Shown here piece after piece: positions 19,600 through 29,204 of a stretch of DNA of 64,000 nt. Numbering within the stretch: position 1 is the stretch's first letter; each line of letters starts with the position of its first letter. The notes beneath the pieces are model-generated. The model was not told where the DNA came from, did no database searches, and saw only the letters and a program-made list of their open reading frames with translations. This stretch comes from an uncultured bacterium (GTDB lineage: Bacteria; Zhuqueibacterota; QNDG01; JAGLOF01), in the NCBI GenBank assembly GCA_964621645.1, contig CAZUMH010000001.1, forward strand, positions 26,977 to 90,976, read 5' to 3'. The translations under genes and the position numbers were made by a program.

Positions 19600-20498
19600 C
19601 GGGATATGATACAAAATCAAACTGACACCAGCCTGAATAAATAATACTTGCGAATGAAAAAATCGGGATGCTTTGAACAAATGCCCTGAAAAGATGTCTC
19701 ATACCATGGGAAAGCTCATCTGCTGGTTGAGTGGGGACGGGTTCTCCGGCATTAGGAAAATCGCCGCCCGGACAGGGGAAACAAGGGATCGCCCGTCCCG
19801 ATTATTCAATACTATTCTTAAAAAAAATATCGGAAATGACCGAGTGACCATGTCAGGCGATTTTTCTGAAGCCGAGGGTTGTCTTTGACTGTACCATAAA
19901 GAATCATTTACAGAAACGTTGTTGCCAAAAAGAAATATACCTCATTTCGGGCCTGATTTCGGCCCGAAGGCGCGGCTGCCGCTTTATATACCGTAAAACA
20001 CCCGCATCCGAAAAGGGGCCGGCGTAAAAATGAAAACAGTTGGCGGCCCGTCTCATTTTCGGGCCGCCGTATAGAGAGAAAAGCAGCGTCCGGGGGCCGG
20101 GATGGGGCATGGAGACTCGAAGAATGGGAACGCACCTGTGAAAAGCTATTCAGCCGCGCCAGGGGTTTTTGGTCCTTTTTGCCCCGTCAAAAAAGATATC
20201 TCATCCTAAAGGGAGACTTCTGATACAGTCCGATTAACTAAATTGAAATGTAAGAATCCCTTAAATTGTTAACCATGTACTTGGACTGTCCCAATTCAAT
20301 ACAGAGTATTATTGAGAGATTCCGGATTGGTTTCACCGATAATCATAACAACGTACACTACAAAATGAAAAATTAATCGCTGTGCCCGGTATCTGAAAAT
20401 TGCCGGGCGTTTTTTCAACATTTCTTGTAAAATATGGGTATCATATAGTGAAAGCGCTGCGGGGAAAGCGGTCAGGCTGGACAAACCGGAAAGAACAG

Positions 20499-21107
20499 AT
20501 GGTGACAAAGAGTGGTGACATTGAAAAAAGTATTCTTACCTCAGCACAGAAGGGCGACGGGGCAGCCTTTGAAAAGATCGTGCTCCATTATCAGCATCGG
20601 GTGCTAGCGCTGGCCTGCAACATCGCGGGAAATCCCGTGGACGCGTGGGATATTGCCCAGGAAGTATTCATCAGACTCTACCGCTACCTGCCGGGCTTTC
20701 GCTTTCAAAACAGGTTCTATACCTGGCTCTACCGCATTGTGGTCAACACCAGCTACGACTGGCTCAAACAAAAACAGCGCTTTCGTACCGTCACACTCGA
20801 CAGCATCAAAGAAACCGGACAGCCGGAGACGGTGCACCGGACATTGGATTGTTTTGACCTGCAGGAGAAAATAATGGAAGGACTGGACCGGATGAATCAC
20901 CTCCATAAAACCGCTTTTATACTGAAAGAAGTGGAAGGTCTTTCCTGCAAAGAGATCGCCAACGTCATGGAGTGTCCGCCCGGTACGGTACGCAGTCACC
21001 TCTTTCACGCCAGAAAAGGCCTGCAGGCTCACCTGCGGATCAACTATCCTGAACTGGCCCAGATGTCTAAAAAGAAGGATAAAAACGATGCGATGCTCAT
21101 GGACTAA
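20499..21107 (+). CDS. RNA polymerase ECF-type sigma-70 factor (sigma-24 family)
   Basis: Region 2 (HYQHRVLALACNIAGNPVDAWDIAQEVFIRLYR) and region 4 HTH (LDRMNHLHKTAFILKEVEGLSCKEIANVMECPPGTVRSHLFHARKGL). The track ORF starts at an upstream TTG; the ATG at 20499 gives a ~200-aa product. Confidence 0.85.
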   Translation: MVTKSGDIEKSILTSAQKGDGAAFEKIVLHYQHRVLALACNIAGNPVDAWDIAQEVFIRLYRYLPGFRFQNRFYTWLYRIVVNTSYDWLKQKQRFRTVTLDSIKETGQPETVHRTLDCFDLQEKIMEGLDRMNHLHKTAFILKEVEGLSCKEIANVMECPPGTVRSHLFHARKGLQAHLRINYPELAQMSKKKDKNDAMLMD

Positions 21108-21585
21108 AAACAGGCTGGCCAACTATCGCGGTGGGGAACTGCACCGCTGGGAGAACCTCCTGGTCCAGCACCACCTGAAGCGTTGCGATTCCTGCCAGGC
21201 GGAACTGGAGAATCTGAACAGGATAACAGTGGCGGCAGCGGAGGCGCTGCGGCAACAGCGGGAGGAACTTCCCCGGACCGATCTCTGGCCGGTCATCCTT
21301 CCCAATCTACCAAAAGTAGCCGAACCCGTCGGAATGAATCCCACCCGGCCCCTCTGGCAGCACTGGCCCTCAGCAGCGGCGTTGGCGGCGGCCGCTGTCC
21401 TGATCATCTTATTGATCGGAAGGGACAGGCTGTCACTGACTGAGGACAGATCCCTGGCATCGCAGCAAATTGAACCGCCGGCGGTGGAAGAAGTGTTCAC
21501 ACCCAATACCACCGTCATGACGATCCAGACAGAAGATCCCAAGGTACGGATCGTCTGGCTGTTCCAGGACGACAGTAAATCGTAA
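21088..21585 (+). CDS. Anti-sigma factor, zf-HC2 type, single TM
   Basis: N-terminal HHLKRCDSCQAELENL (HxxxCxxC zinc motif of ChrR/RslA-type anti-sigmas). One TM helix (AAALAAAAVLIILLIG). Short periplasmic tail. Overlaps the sigma stop, which suggests translational coupling. Confidence 0.7.
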   Translation: MRCSWTKNRLANYRGGELHRWENLLVQHHLKRCDSCQAELENLNRITVAAAEALRQQREELPRTDLWPVILPNLPKVAEPVGMNPTRPLWQHWPSAAALAAAAVLIILLIGRDRLSLTEDRSLASQQIEPPAVEEVFTPNTTVMTIQTEDPKVRIVWLFQDDSKS

Positions 21586-21606
21586 ATTTCAGATAAGGAG
21601 AACATC

Positions 21607-22584
21607 ATGAAAAAGCACATCATTGTAATTACACTGCTGGCCCTGCTGCTGACTGCGGCGGCCGGCATGACCCAGGTCCCCAATCACGGCACGGTAAGCG
21701 GCACCGTTATCGATGAGGATTCAGGAAAGCCGATTGAGAATGTACTGGTAAAGTATCATTACACCGGCAGCGATAAAGCGGAGATGGGGACAATGACCGA
21801 CGCCAAGGGGGAATTCACTGCCAAGATGATCGAGCCAAACCAGATCGTGATCTTCCTTTTCAGTAAAAAGGAGTATCAGCAGGAGTATCGAGAACTGGTG
21901 GTGGAAAAATTCGAATCCAAGGAACTTTCCATCTCACTGAAAAAAATCACCCCTTCCTTAAATTATGCCCCTGAAGCCCGGACCTTTCAAATAAAGTACC
22001 GCGACGCTCAGGATATCCTGGAAATTATCAAGCCCTTTCTCAGTGATGCCACTGGCCATGATAAGGTCTCGATGTCTCCTTCCCTGCAGACAATAACGGT
22101 CTACGCCAATCAGGAGAAACTGGCCAAAATCGCCAAGACCATTGCCACCTACGATGTCCCCCCGAAGCAGATCTGGGTGGAAGTAATGCTGGTCAAGGCC
22201 AGCGGCAACGGCGGCGGCAAGGCGAAAATTCCGGCGGAATTGAATAATCTGGCGAAACAGCTGGAATCCGTCTTCAAATTCACCACTTTTGAAATCATCG
22301 GCAGAACGACCGCCACAGGGGTGGAGGGAGCGAACATCCAGACCTCCTCAAATATGGATAAAGTCAACCTGCTTCCCAGCTTTCAGATACGGGGCGGCCT
22401 CAATCTCAGCGGTGATGTCATCAGGCTGGATCATTTCCAGGTCCAAGTTGTCAGGCCCATCCGCAGCGAGATCGCCACTACGGTCAACATTCCCGACGGC
22501 GGCAAGATGATTCTGGGAGCCTCCAACGATAACGCTCTGGAAGGCTCGCTGATCACGGTGGTGTCCGCCAGAGTAATGAAATAA
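21607..22584 (+). CDS. Secreted CarboxypepD_reg-domain + Secretin_N-domain protein with short secretin-like C-terminal beta region (mini-secretin-like)
   Basis: AAGGAG RBS and signal peptide. GTVSGTVIDEDSGKPIENVLV...DAKGEF is a carboxypeptidase-regulatory-like beta-sandwich. ARTFQIKYRDAQDILEIIKPFL...ITVYANQEKLAKIAKTIATYDVPPKQIWVEVMLV matches the GspD/PilQ secretin N-domain pattern. C-terminal TTVNIPDGGKMILGAS...LITVVSARV resembles the end of a secretin domain. At 325 aa it is far shorter than canonical secretins. Confidence 0.6.
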   Translation: MKKHIIVITLLALLLTAAAGMTQVPNHGTVSGTVIDEDSGKPIENVLVKYHYTGSDKAEMGTMTDAKGEFTAKMIEPNQIVIFLFSKKEYQQEYRELVVEKFESKELSISLKKITPSLNYAPEARTFQIKYRDAQDILEIIKPFLSDATGHDKVSMSPSLQTITVYANQEKLAKIAKTIATYDVPPKQIWVEVMLVKASGNGGGKAKIPAELNNLAKQLESVFKFTTFEIIGRTTATGVEGANIQTSSNMDKVNLLPSFQIRGGLNLSGDVIRLDHFQVQVVRPIRSEIATTVNIPDGGKMILGASNDNALEGSLITVVSARVMK

Positions 22585-22627
22585 CGTGATGACTTGATTC
22601 TTCAATAACAAAAGCAATGTTGCAGCC

Positions 22628-22660
22628 GGCCCCCTCTGGATGAGGGGGCCTATTCTTTTT
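22628..22660 (+). terminator. Rho-independent terminator (stem GGCCCCCTC / GAGGGGGCC, loop TGGAT, followed by TATTCTTTTT)
   Basis: Read directly from the sequence, 44 bp after the stop of the 21607-22584 gene. Confidence 0.6.
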
Positions 22661-22824
22661 GGATGGAAAGATAGTTGGATTCGAAGTGAATAATGTACCC
22701 GGTTTTTCAAACGAGTATTCGGGAGGCAGGGAATTTATCCGGACATCCGTAATGTATTGCAGAAGATATCCTTTATAAAAAATATCCTGCAGCAGCCAGC
22801 TGCAGGCAGGGAAAGGATAACCAC

Positions 22825-24720
22825 TTGAAGGTTCGCTCCCTCCCTTATCGGGCTGCCCTGATCCTGATGCTCCTCTCGGCACACTTCTGCCGGGCAGGGC
22901 ATGAAGTCAGCACCCTCCTCAAACTGGATTATTCGGCAGCAGCTGATATCCGCATCCGCAGCAGCAGCGACGGCAATGCCGGTATCGTCGCGTTCAGCGT
23001 TCTGGATGAGGCCCGGGTCGCCCTGCTCTGTATTACCACCGACTGCATTACTATCCACCGCATCCCAGATGGTCTGCTGCTGCAGACAATTCCCCTACTC
23101 AGCCACCCCAGGGATTTCATCTGGAACGGCAGCCGGTTTTTTGTCCGCTTCAGCGACAGGGTTCTGACAATGGACGCTGAAGGCGGTCAGCGGACCGAGA
23201 TACCCCTCAATCCCTCAATCAGGTTCATCTCCCGGCTGAAATGGCGGAATGGAACACTTTATGCCCTCACCGTGGATGGATACTCCTATCCGCTTTCCCG
23301 GAACGGACAGCCGCTGGAGACGGGCAGTCAAATCAGAGAGCGGATACGCGGGTGGGCATTGGATAATGGAATATCGGCATTTCCGGTCATTACCGCTGAA
23401 TTCAGCGGCGAAATCAGAGTCTACACCGGCCCGGACAGCACCTTTATCCCCGTCTCCTCCAGTACACCTCTTGGCTGCATGCGGATCATCGGCACAGCCG
23501 ACAGCTCCCTCTACCTGGAAATCCAGACTATCCTGCAGCAGGTCCCCTTGCGAGTCAGCCGTACGGTTGCCCGTCTCTCGATGAGTGGTGGACGGATCAT
23601 CGACACCTTCGAACCGCCCCGCAGTACTTTTTTCCCCATGACCGCTGATCTTATCATAAGGGAAAACACGCTCTATCACGCGCTCACAACACCGGAATCG
23701 ATCATTTTTTACCGGCTTCGCCAGGACTCCCGCCTCCGGAAGACAATTTTTCCTGCACCGCCGGAGGAGTACCATTATAATGATCATCTGCCGGAATGGG
23801 ACAGGATGAGCGTACCAAGTGAAGCTGTGCCGGGGCCGGCGGTACTCGATCCCATCAGCAGAAGTGCAATCATGGAGAATGCCGACAAGTATGTCCAGGT
23901 CGAATGGATATGCGGAGAGAAGAATACGAGCAACAATGAAGTGATCTCCCTTCCGGACGGTGCCCTTATTCAAACGCCTGCCTGGGTGACGGTCGGCCCC
24001 AAGAAGCGGACTCCCTACAAATGGGGAGGATTCACCCATGTCGATATATTCAGGGAACGAATCGAAGCGGAATGCTATGCAGGAGACGTCTACGGCGACA
24101 GGAATGATCCCCAGACCGTCAGTCCCGGAGACGCCTACTGCGTCGGTGTCGACTGCAGCGGATTCGTCTCCCGCGCCTGGAACCAGCCGGTGAAACACTG
24201 GACCGGATCACTCCCGGAAATCTCGGAACCTCTGGAGAGCTGGTCCGAGGTGCGGCCCGGAGACATAGCGGATAAAGTCGCGGGACATGTGATGCTGATC
24301 GTGGACAGGAGCAATTCCGGGGTTTTCAGTGTTGTGCACTCCAACGGGACTACCGAAAATGTGTGCTATCAGATAAAGACACTGTACGATCTCAGCGGAT
24401 ATGTACCCATGAAATACGCGGCGGTCATCGAAGACGGGTGGGAGCCCGAAACGGCGGAATGGACGGCCCTGTATCAGAATTTCCCTAATCCGATTCGCTC
24501 TGCCACCCAGATGCCATTCTACCTTACCTATGAATCGGACGTGACCATCAGCGTGTATAACCTTCTCGGACAGGAAGTCGCCGTTCCCTGCAGCGGACAT
24601 TTCAGCGAAGGCGCACACAGCATCGGCTGGGATCCCGGTGAACTGCCGTCGGGGATCTATTTCTACCGTTTGAAGACCGACTGGGACGTATTCATGAAAA
24701 AATGCATCGTCGTCGAATGA
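22825..24720 (+). CDS. T9SS-sorted secreted protein with NlpC/P60 (CHAP-like) cysteine peptidase domain
   Basis: TTG start with GGAAAGGA RBS and signal peptide. Cys/His pair in YCVGVDCSGFVSRAW ... GDIADKVAGHVMLIV (nt ~24130-24310) fits NlpC/P60 cell-wall hydrolases. C-terminal YQNFPNPIRSAT...VYNLLGQEV...SGIYFYRLK is a T9SS CTD. Confidence 0.75.
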   Translation: MKVRSLPYRAALILMLLSAHFCRAGHEVSTLLKLDYSAAADIRIRSSSDGNAGIVAFSVLDEARVALLCITTDCITIHRIPDGLLLQTIPLLSHPRDFIWNGSRFFVRFSDRVLTMDAEGGQRTEIPLNPSIRFISRLKWRNGTLYALTVDGYSYPLSRNGQPLETGSQIRERIRGWALDNGISAFPVITAEFSGEIRVYTGPDSTFIPVSSSTPLGCMRIIGTADSSLYLEIQTILQQVPLRVSRTVARLSMSGGRIIDTFEPPRSTFFPMTADLIIRENTLYHALTTPESIIFYRLRQDSRLRKTIFPAPPEEYHYNDHLPEWDRMSVPSEAVPGPAVLDPISRSAIMENADKYVQVEWICGEKNTSNNEVISLPDGALIQTPAWVTVGPKKRTPYKWGGFTHVDIFRERIEAECYAGDVYGDRNDPQTVSPGDAYCVGVDCSGFVSRAWNQPVKHWTGSLPEISEPLESWSEVRPGDIADKVAGHVMLIVDRSNSGVFSVVHSNGTTENVCYQIKTLYDLSGYVPMKYAAVIEDGWEPETAEWTALYQNFPNPIRSATQMPFYLTYESDVTISVYNLLGQEVAVPCSGHFSEGAHSIGWDPGELPSGIYFYRLKTDWDVFMKKCIVVE

Positions 24721-25030
24721 TCCGGATGAAGTTCAGGGCCGCCGGATCTCCACCTGGTAATTCACGTCCAGCGGGCGGGAGCCCGTGAAGGCGATGGGGT
24801 TGCTGGAAGTATTTCGAAACATACTGCGGGAAAAACTTGAAATTCCGGATCCAGGACATCCAACGCCTCAAGCATGTCATCAACCGTATTTAAGATCTCC
24901 TTTTTGCCGCTCATGGTTCCGGGACCTTCTCCCGGCCAAAGCAAATTCTTACAATCCTGGATTTCATCTTTCTTCCATGTTCTATCAGCAGATCTCCCAA
25001 GCGAGAACGCGGATATAAATTTTTGTCATG

Positions 25031-25070
25031 GATACCTAAAAACAAAACCCGGGGCAACTCACCCCGGGTT
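25031..25070 (-). terminator. Rho-independent terminator for the minus-strand gene ending at 25099 (stem AACCCGGGG / CCCCGGGTT, then T-run on minus strand)
   Basis: 9-bp perfect stem at 25046-25070. On the minus strand it is followed by TTTTGTTTTTAGG. Confidence 0.5.
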
Positions 25071-25098
25071 GTTAGGTTACTATAATACCGTCTGATTA

Positions 25099-27258
25099 TT
25101 ATAGGCGCCAGAGATAGGAGGCCTTGAAGAAGAGGCCCCGCTGCGTTTCCAGAAAACGGTCGCTCTCGATGTACTGATCCGTGTTCCACTCGATCCGGTC
25201 ATAGCGGGAACCGTAGCCGAAATGGAGCACGGTACCGGGAATATAGGTAAATGAAACCAGGAAATCGGTGGTGAGCTCTTCGTAGAAACTGTTGTATTCC
25301 ACAATGGCCCGCAGGAAAAGATAGCGGTTAATCTGATACGTGTTTCTGCTTCTGATGATGGTGTAATCGAATACCTTGGAGCTGTCATCCTCGCGATAGA
25401 GATCACTGTACACCAGCGACAGGGTAGAATTTAGGTATTTATTAGGCTGGTAGATCAGCGAGACGGAGCCGGTATTCCCCCGGCCCTGGTAAGGATCCTC
25501 TATATAGCGGATTTTTTTTGCGCCGGCCCAGGAAAGAGAAAAAAAGAATCCTTTCATTATCTGGCTCTGGCCGATGAGGCTGTAGCCGCTTGTCTCGAAC
25601 TTCTCCTCGTTAAAGATTTCGGTGGAATAAATATATCCCACCCTGAAAATCGAGTTACGCGTCAGTATCAGGTTCGTATAGAATCCGTTCGCGTTTTCCC
25701 ACTCACCGGCATGCTTGTCCCTGATGAACTGATTGTTCAGCATCGGATCGATCCGTTTCAGGATCCCCTTTTTGAGAAAGAAGTGCTTGACTACGCCCAA
25801 ACGATAACGGGTGATGCCGGTTCGGGTCAGGTATCCGATCTCGGTATTGAAATGTTCAGACAGGTCGTGCACCCGGGCGTTTATCTGCCAGTCACGGTTG
25901 CTGTAGAGATAATTCACCCCGACCGCGTGTCCCTTCTGTCTGATGTCGGTATTCAGATTTCCATCATAGGAGAAAATTCCGTGGTATCCGATAGCACTGG
26001 AGCGGGTCAGCCGCATGTATCCGTCGATTCCAGTCACTCTGTTGAAGCCGTCTTCCCGTTCTCTTCCGGTGTAAAAACTCCCTATATAACTGTCTCGGTC
26101 CAGGGCTTTCTTGTGCCTGATAATGAGAATGTCGGCACAGGCTGGATCACCTCCCGTTTCCGAAAGTTCATCCCGGGCGTAGATGGCGGTAATGGTATTG
26201 GTGGCATCCAGCTTTCCGGATAATTTGACCCCCAGCTTGGGATCGACGATGCTGCGGGTATGAACAATCTCTCCCAGGGGATCCCCGTCACTGCTGCCGC
26301 CGAAGATGAAATGTTCCTTCCCTTCGAGGAAAAAGGGCCGCTTTTCGGGATAGTAAAGCGCGTAGCGCTGGTTGAAATCGACCTGACCCGCGTCCGATTC
26401 AACCTGACTGAAGTCGGGATTATAGGTCGCGTCCAGGATCAGCCTGGAGGTTAGACCCAGTTTGCCGGTCAGACTGAATTCTCCGTCTCCGTCCTCGGCC
26501 TTCAGTTGCCCCATTTCATCATAACTGTTCCGGGACCAGGTTACCGCGGGCAGTATTTCCAGCAGCCGGTAGTGCTTGATCCCCTCATAGACCAGCGGCC
26601 GTGTCTGGGTGTTGAAATTCGGCCCCCATTTGGGATCAAGCGCGGGATAGGTGCCGGCCTCTGTCTTGCGGCTGATGAAGCGTTCGAAAATCACCCCCAT
26701 GGTCACCGGATCGCTGTCCGAATACCGGATGGATTTGAATGGGATTCTCATCTCGGTAGCGTACCCCTCTGGTGTAATCGTCCCGTGACTGTACCAGACG
26801 AAATCAACGCTGGTATCCTCATTGTCACCGACAGCCCTGGCGTCCATCTGGATACCCTGGGGATTAACATAGAAAGTATAGAGCCCCTGTTGGTCATTGT
26901 AGGTGTCGAGATTGATGCAGATCCAGTCATCGGAACGGATTTTGTCCCGCGCCGTGATGGATGTTTTAATCTTGTCAGGTTCACTGTCATAGCACAAAAA
27001 AGCGAAATAGATGTTCTCCCGGTCATAGGCGTACCAGACCTTGGTCTGTTCACTCATGGGAACGCCGTAATCAGGCAGATAAGTCATGAATCCTGTCTCT
27101 GACGGCGCCTGCTTCCAGACGGCGTCATCGAGCACTCCGTCGATGACCGGAGGGATGTTCGTTTTGAATGGTCTCAGGATTTCCTTTTTCTGCGCGGTCA
27201 GGGCCGTTGTAACAATAAAAAGCATACAAAGGGCCGGGATCCAGGTTTTTTTCACCAT
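25099..27258 (-). CDS. DUF5916-like outer-membrane protein with N-terminal CBM9-like domain
   Basis: Signal peptide. N-terminal IPPVIDGVLDDAVWKQAP...WYAYDRENIYFAFLCYD is typical of the CBM9-like module that precedes the DUF5916 beta-barrel in Bacteroidota. The C-terminus ends in an aromatic residue (YLWRL), which fits an OM barrel. Confidence 0.55.
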   Translation of the reverse strand: MVKKTWIPALCMLFIVTTALTAQKKEILRPFKTNIPPVIDGVLDDAVWKQAPSETGFMTYLPDYGVPMSEQTKVWYAYDRENIYFAFLCYDSEPDKIKTSITARDKIRSDDWICINLDTYNDQQGLYTFYVNPQGIQMDARAVGDNEDTSVDFVWYSHGTITPEGYATEMRIPFKSIRYSDSDPVTMGVIFERFISRKTEAGTYPALDPKWGPNFNTQTRPLVYEGIKHYRLLEILPAVTWSRNSYDEMGQLKAEDGDGEFSLTGKLGLTSRLILDATYNPDFSQVESDAGQVDFNQRYALYYPEKRPFFLEGKEHFIFGGSSDGDPLGEIVHTRSIVDPKLGVKLSGKLDATNTITAIYARDELSETGGDPACADILIIRHKKALDRDSYIGSFYTGREREDGFNRVTGIDGYMRLTRSSAIGYHGIFSYDGNLNTDIRQKGHAVGVNYLYSNRDWQINARVHDLSEHFNTEIGYLTRTGITRYRLGVVKHFFLKKGILKRIDPMLNNQFIRDKHAGEWENANGFYTNLILTRNSIFRVGYIYSTEIFNEEKFETSGYSLIGQSQIMKGFFFSLSWAGAKKIRYIEDPYQGRGNTGSVSLIYQPNKYLNSTLSLVYSDLYREDDSSKVFDYTIIRSRNTYQINRYLFLRAIVEYNSFYEELTTDFLVSFTYIPGTVLHFGYGSRYDRIEWNTDQYIESDRFLETQRGLFFKASYLWRL

Positions 27259-27513
27259 ACAGTGATTCCTCATGCTTTAAATTGGCTTCTGGAAATTATT
27301 GGTGTCCGGTTACGAATAAACCGGCTGGCATATAGTCATAATACGGAAAAGTAGAGAATGAGTTTCTTGATTCCTCCTGCAAGAAATTGAGCTTTGTCTT
27401 CCGGAATCCTTAAGCTTTCAGAGCAAGAAAAATTCATCCATGACAGCATAATAAAACCCCCGACAATAAATGCCGGGGATTTTAAGTACTCTCTCACCTG
27501 CTTCAGCATGTAG

Positions 27514-28815
27514 CTATTTTTCTTTTTCCTGTTTTTCTTTTAACTGCTTCTCTTTTTCCTGACTGTCATGCTGCCATTTTTTATACTTTTCGTCAAGCAG
27601 CTGCAGTTTTTTCTTTACTGCATCCCGCTCTTCATCGGTCTCAGCATCTTTGTATTTCTGCTCCAGCGCCGCGTGATCTTTCTTGTACATCTTTTCGTAT
27701 TCGGAATCCGTAACTGTAACGGTCTTCATGTTATTTTTTTCATCCTGTTTCAGCATCTGCAGTTTCTTTTCGACCTCCGCCATCTTCTTCTTCAGCATCG
27801 CCTTCTCATCTTCGGTCTCAGCCTTTTTATATTTGGCTTTGAGTTCCTTGAGCATGGTTTCGAGCTTTTTAATCTCTTCTTTCTTCTTGGTGTCTTCATC
27901 ATAGGCGGTGCTCTGATCCGTGACGGTAAGGACCGGGCCGGTCTGTGCCATTGCCTTGGTGTCGATTAAGGCTTTGGGCCGCGCAAACGCCAGGATGAGA
28001 ATCGAGAATACAGGCAAGATCAGCAGCACTCGCAGGCGTGACCATCTGCCGGATTGTTTTTTCTGCATCATGGCTATTCTCCTTCTTATTTGAGATTGAT
28101 GAAAATTATTCGCCAGGCTGAAAATCCTGACGCCCACGAACCGCTCAAAAATCAGCGTCTGATAGCCTGCCCTGTCGCAGCCCTGCGCAATGACCGCTTC
28201 ATCGGCAAGAAATTCGTGGGTCTCCTTGATCGCCCTTTTGTATGGCCAGACAAAAGGATTGAACCACTGTACTATTGAGTACAGTTCCGTCAGCAGAATA
28301 TCTATGGTATGATACTGCCGTATATGAACAATTTCATGGGAAATGATTTGTTCCAGGTCATTTTGATCCAGCTTGGATGTATCGAGAAAAATGAGATTGA
28401 AAAAGGTAAAATCCGATATCCCGTTATCCGTAAAGACGAATTTATGTCCGTTCTTTTCCGTTATTCCATATTTTTTAACCAGCTTCGCAAGGTGCCCAAG
28501 GCGCAGCATGAAAATGACCAGCAGCAGGACTGCGCCCCCTATATAAACATACAGCAGGTAATCCGTGATATCGGTCCTGTATCCGGTGCCTTCATAGACG
28601 GTCTCGACGCTGTAGCCGGTAACATCCATGCTCCGGGAAAGAAATGGTGATTGCAGATGAATTGCGGGAATCAGCAGTGAAACAGGCATGGCGAGGAGTA
28701 AAAACAGCCTGTTTATTCTGAAGAATGTCTCTTTCCGCAGCAGAAGCCGGTATATCAGATAAAACAGAGCCATACTGATTCCGGATTTCAGCAGATAGAT
28801 TAGTGCGGGATTCAT
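27514..28815 (-). CDS. BlaR1/MecR1-like M56 family signal-transducing metalloprotease with C-terminal K/E-rich coiled coil instead of a sensor domain
   Basis: Four N-terminal TM helices. HEXXH Zn site HEIVHIRQYH and downstream FLADEAV (M56 motifs). A further TM follows, then ~180 aa of lysine/glutamate-rich heptad repeats (KYKKAETEDEKAMLKKK ... KYKDAETDEERDAVKKK). Confidence 0.8.
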   Translation of the reverse strand: MNPALIYLLKSGISMALFYLIYRLLLRKETFFRINRLFLLLAMPVSLLIPAIHLQSPFLSRSMDVTGYSVETVYEGTGYRTDITDYLLYVYIGGAVLLLVIFMLRLGHLAKLVKKYGITEKNGHKFVFTDNGISDFTFFNLIFLDTSKLDQNDLEQIISHEIVHIRQYHTIDILLTELYSIVQWFNPFVWPYKRAIKETHEFLADEAVIAQGCDRAGYQTLIFERFVGVRIFSLANNFHQSQIRRRIAMMQKKQSGRWSRLRVLLILPVFSILILAFARPKALIDTKAMAQTGPVLTVTDQSTAYDEDTKKKEEIKKLETMLKELKAKYKKAETEDEKAMLKKKMAEVEKKLQMLKQDEKNNMKTVTVTDSEYEKMYKKDHAALEQKYKDAETDEERDAVKKKLQLLDEKYKKWQHDSQEKEKQLKEKQEKEK

Positions 28816-28816
28816 C

Positions 28817-29194
28817 TCAGTCCCCCTTCTTTTTCTCAATTTCCTGCTGAATGAGCCTGGCAATCTCCTCCAGTTCATTCAGATTTACCTGTTTTTCCTT
28901 GGCAAAGAAAGAGACCAGCTCCTGGTAGGAATTCTCAAAGTAGTTTTTGACAAAATTATGCAAATATTGCTTTTTATACTCATCCTCATCAATCAGGGGA
29001 TAGTACTGGTGAGTGTTCCCGAAGGAGCGGTGGTCCACAAATCCCTTTTTCTGCAAAATCCGCACAATGGTGGAAACGGTGTTATACGCGGGTTTCGGTT
29101 CCTGGAGTTCTTCCAGGATATCCCTGACGAATCCTTTTCCAATGTTCCAGAGTACCCGCATGATCTGTTCTTCCGCTTTTGTCAGAGTTTTCAT
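28817..29194 (-). CDS. BlaI/MecI/CopY-family transcriptional repressor
   Basis: Penicillinase-repressor winged helix: LTKAEEQIMRVLWNIGKGFVRDILEEL...YNTVSTIVRILQKKGFV. It sits directly upstream of, and adjoins, the M56 gene. Confidence 0.85.
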   Translation of the reverse strand: MKTLTKAEEQIMRVLWNIGKGFVRDILEELQEPKPAYNTVSTIVRILQKKGFVDHRSFGNTHQYYPLIDEDEYKKQYLHNFVKNYFENSYQELVSFFAKEKQVNLNELEEIARLIQQEIEKKKGD

Positions 29195-29204
29195 GGCTTT
29201 TCCC

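Noticed and set aside
19733-19800. Riboswitch (checked mentally against fluoride, c-di-GMP and SAM consensus sequences)
   Set aside because: No match to any riboswitch consensus I can recall. Kept only as a generic structured-RNA candidate.
19904-20135. Two overlapping minus-strand small ORFs (68 and 75 aa) in the long intergenic region
   Set aside because: They overlap each other in different frames, are Arg/Pro-rich and have no RBS. They are more likely to be non-coding structured DNA or RNA.
23215-24198. 327-aa minus-strand ORF inside the NlpC/P60-T9SS gene
   Set aside because: It is antisense to a gene with a signal peptide, catalytic Cys/His and CTD. No motifs.
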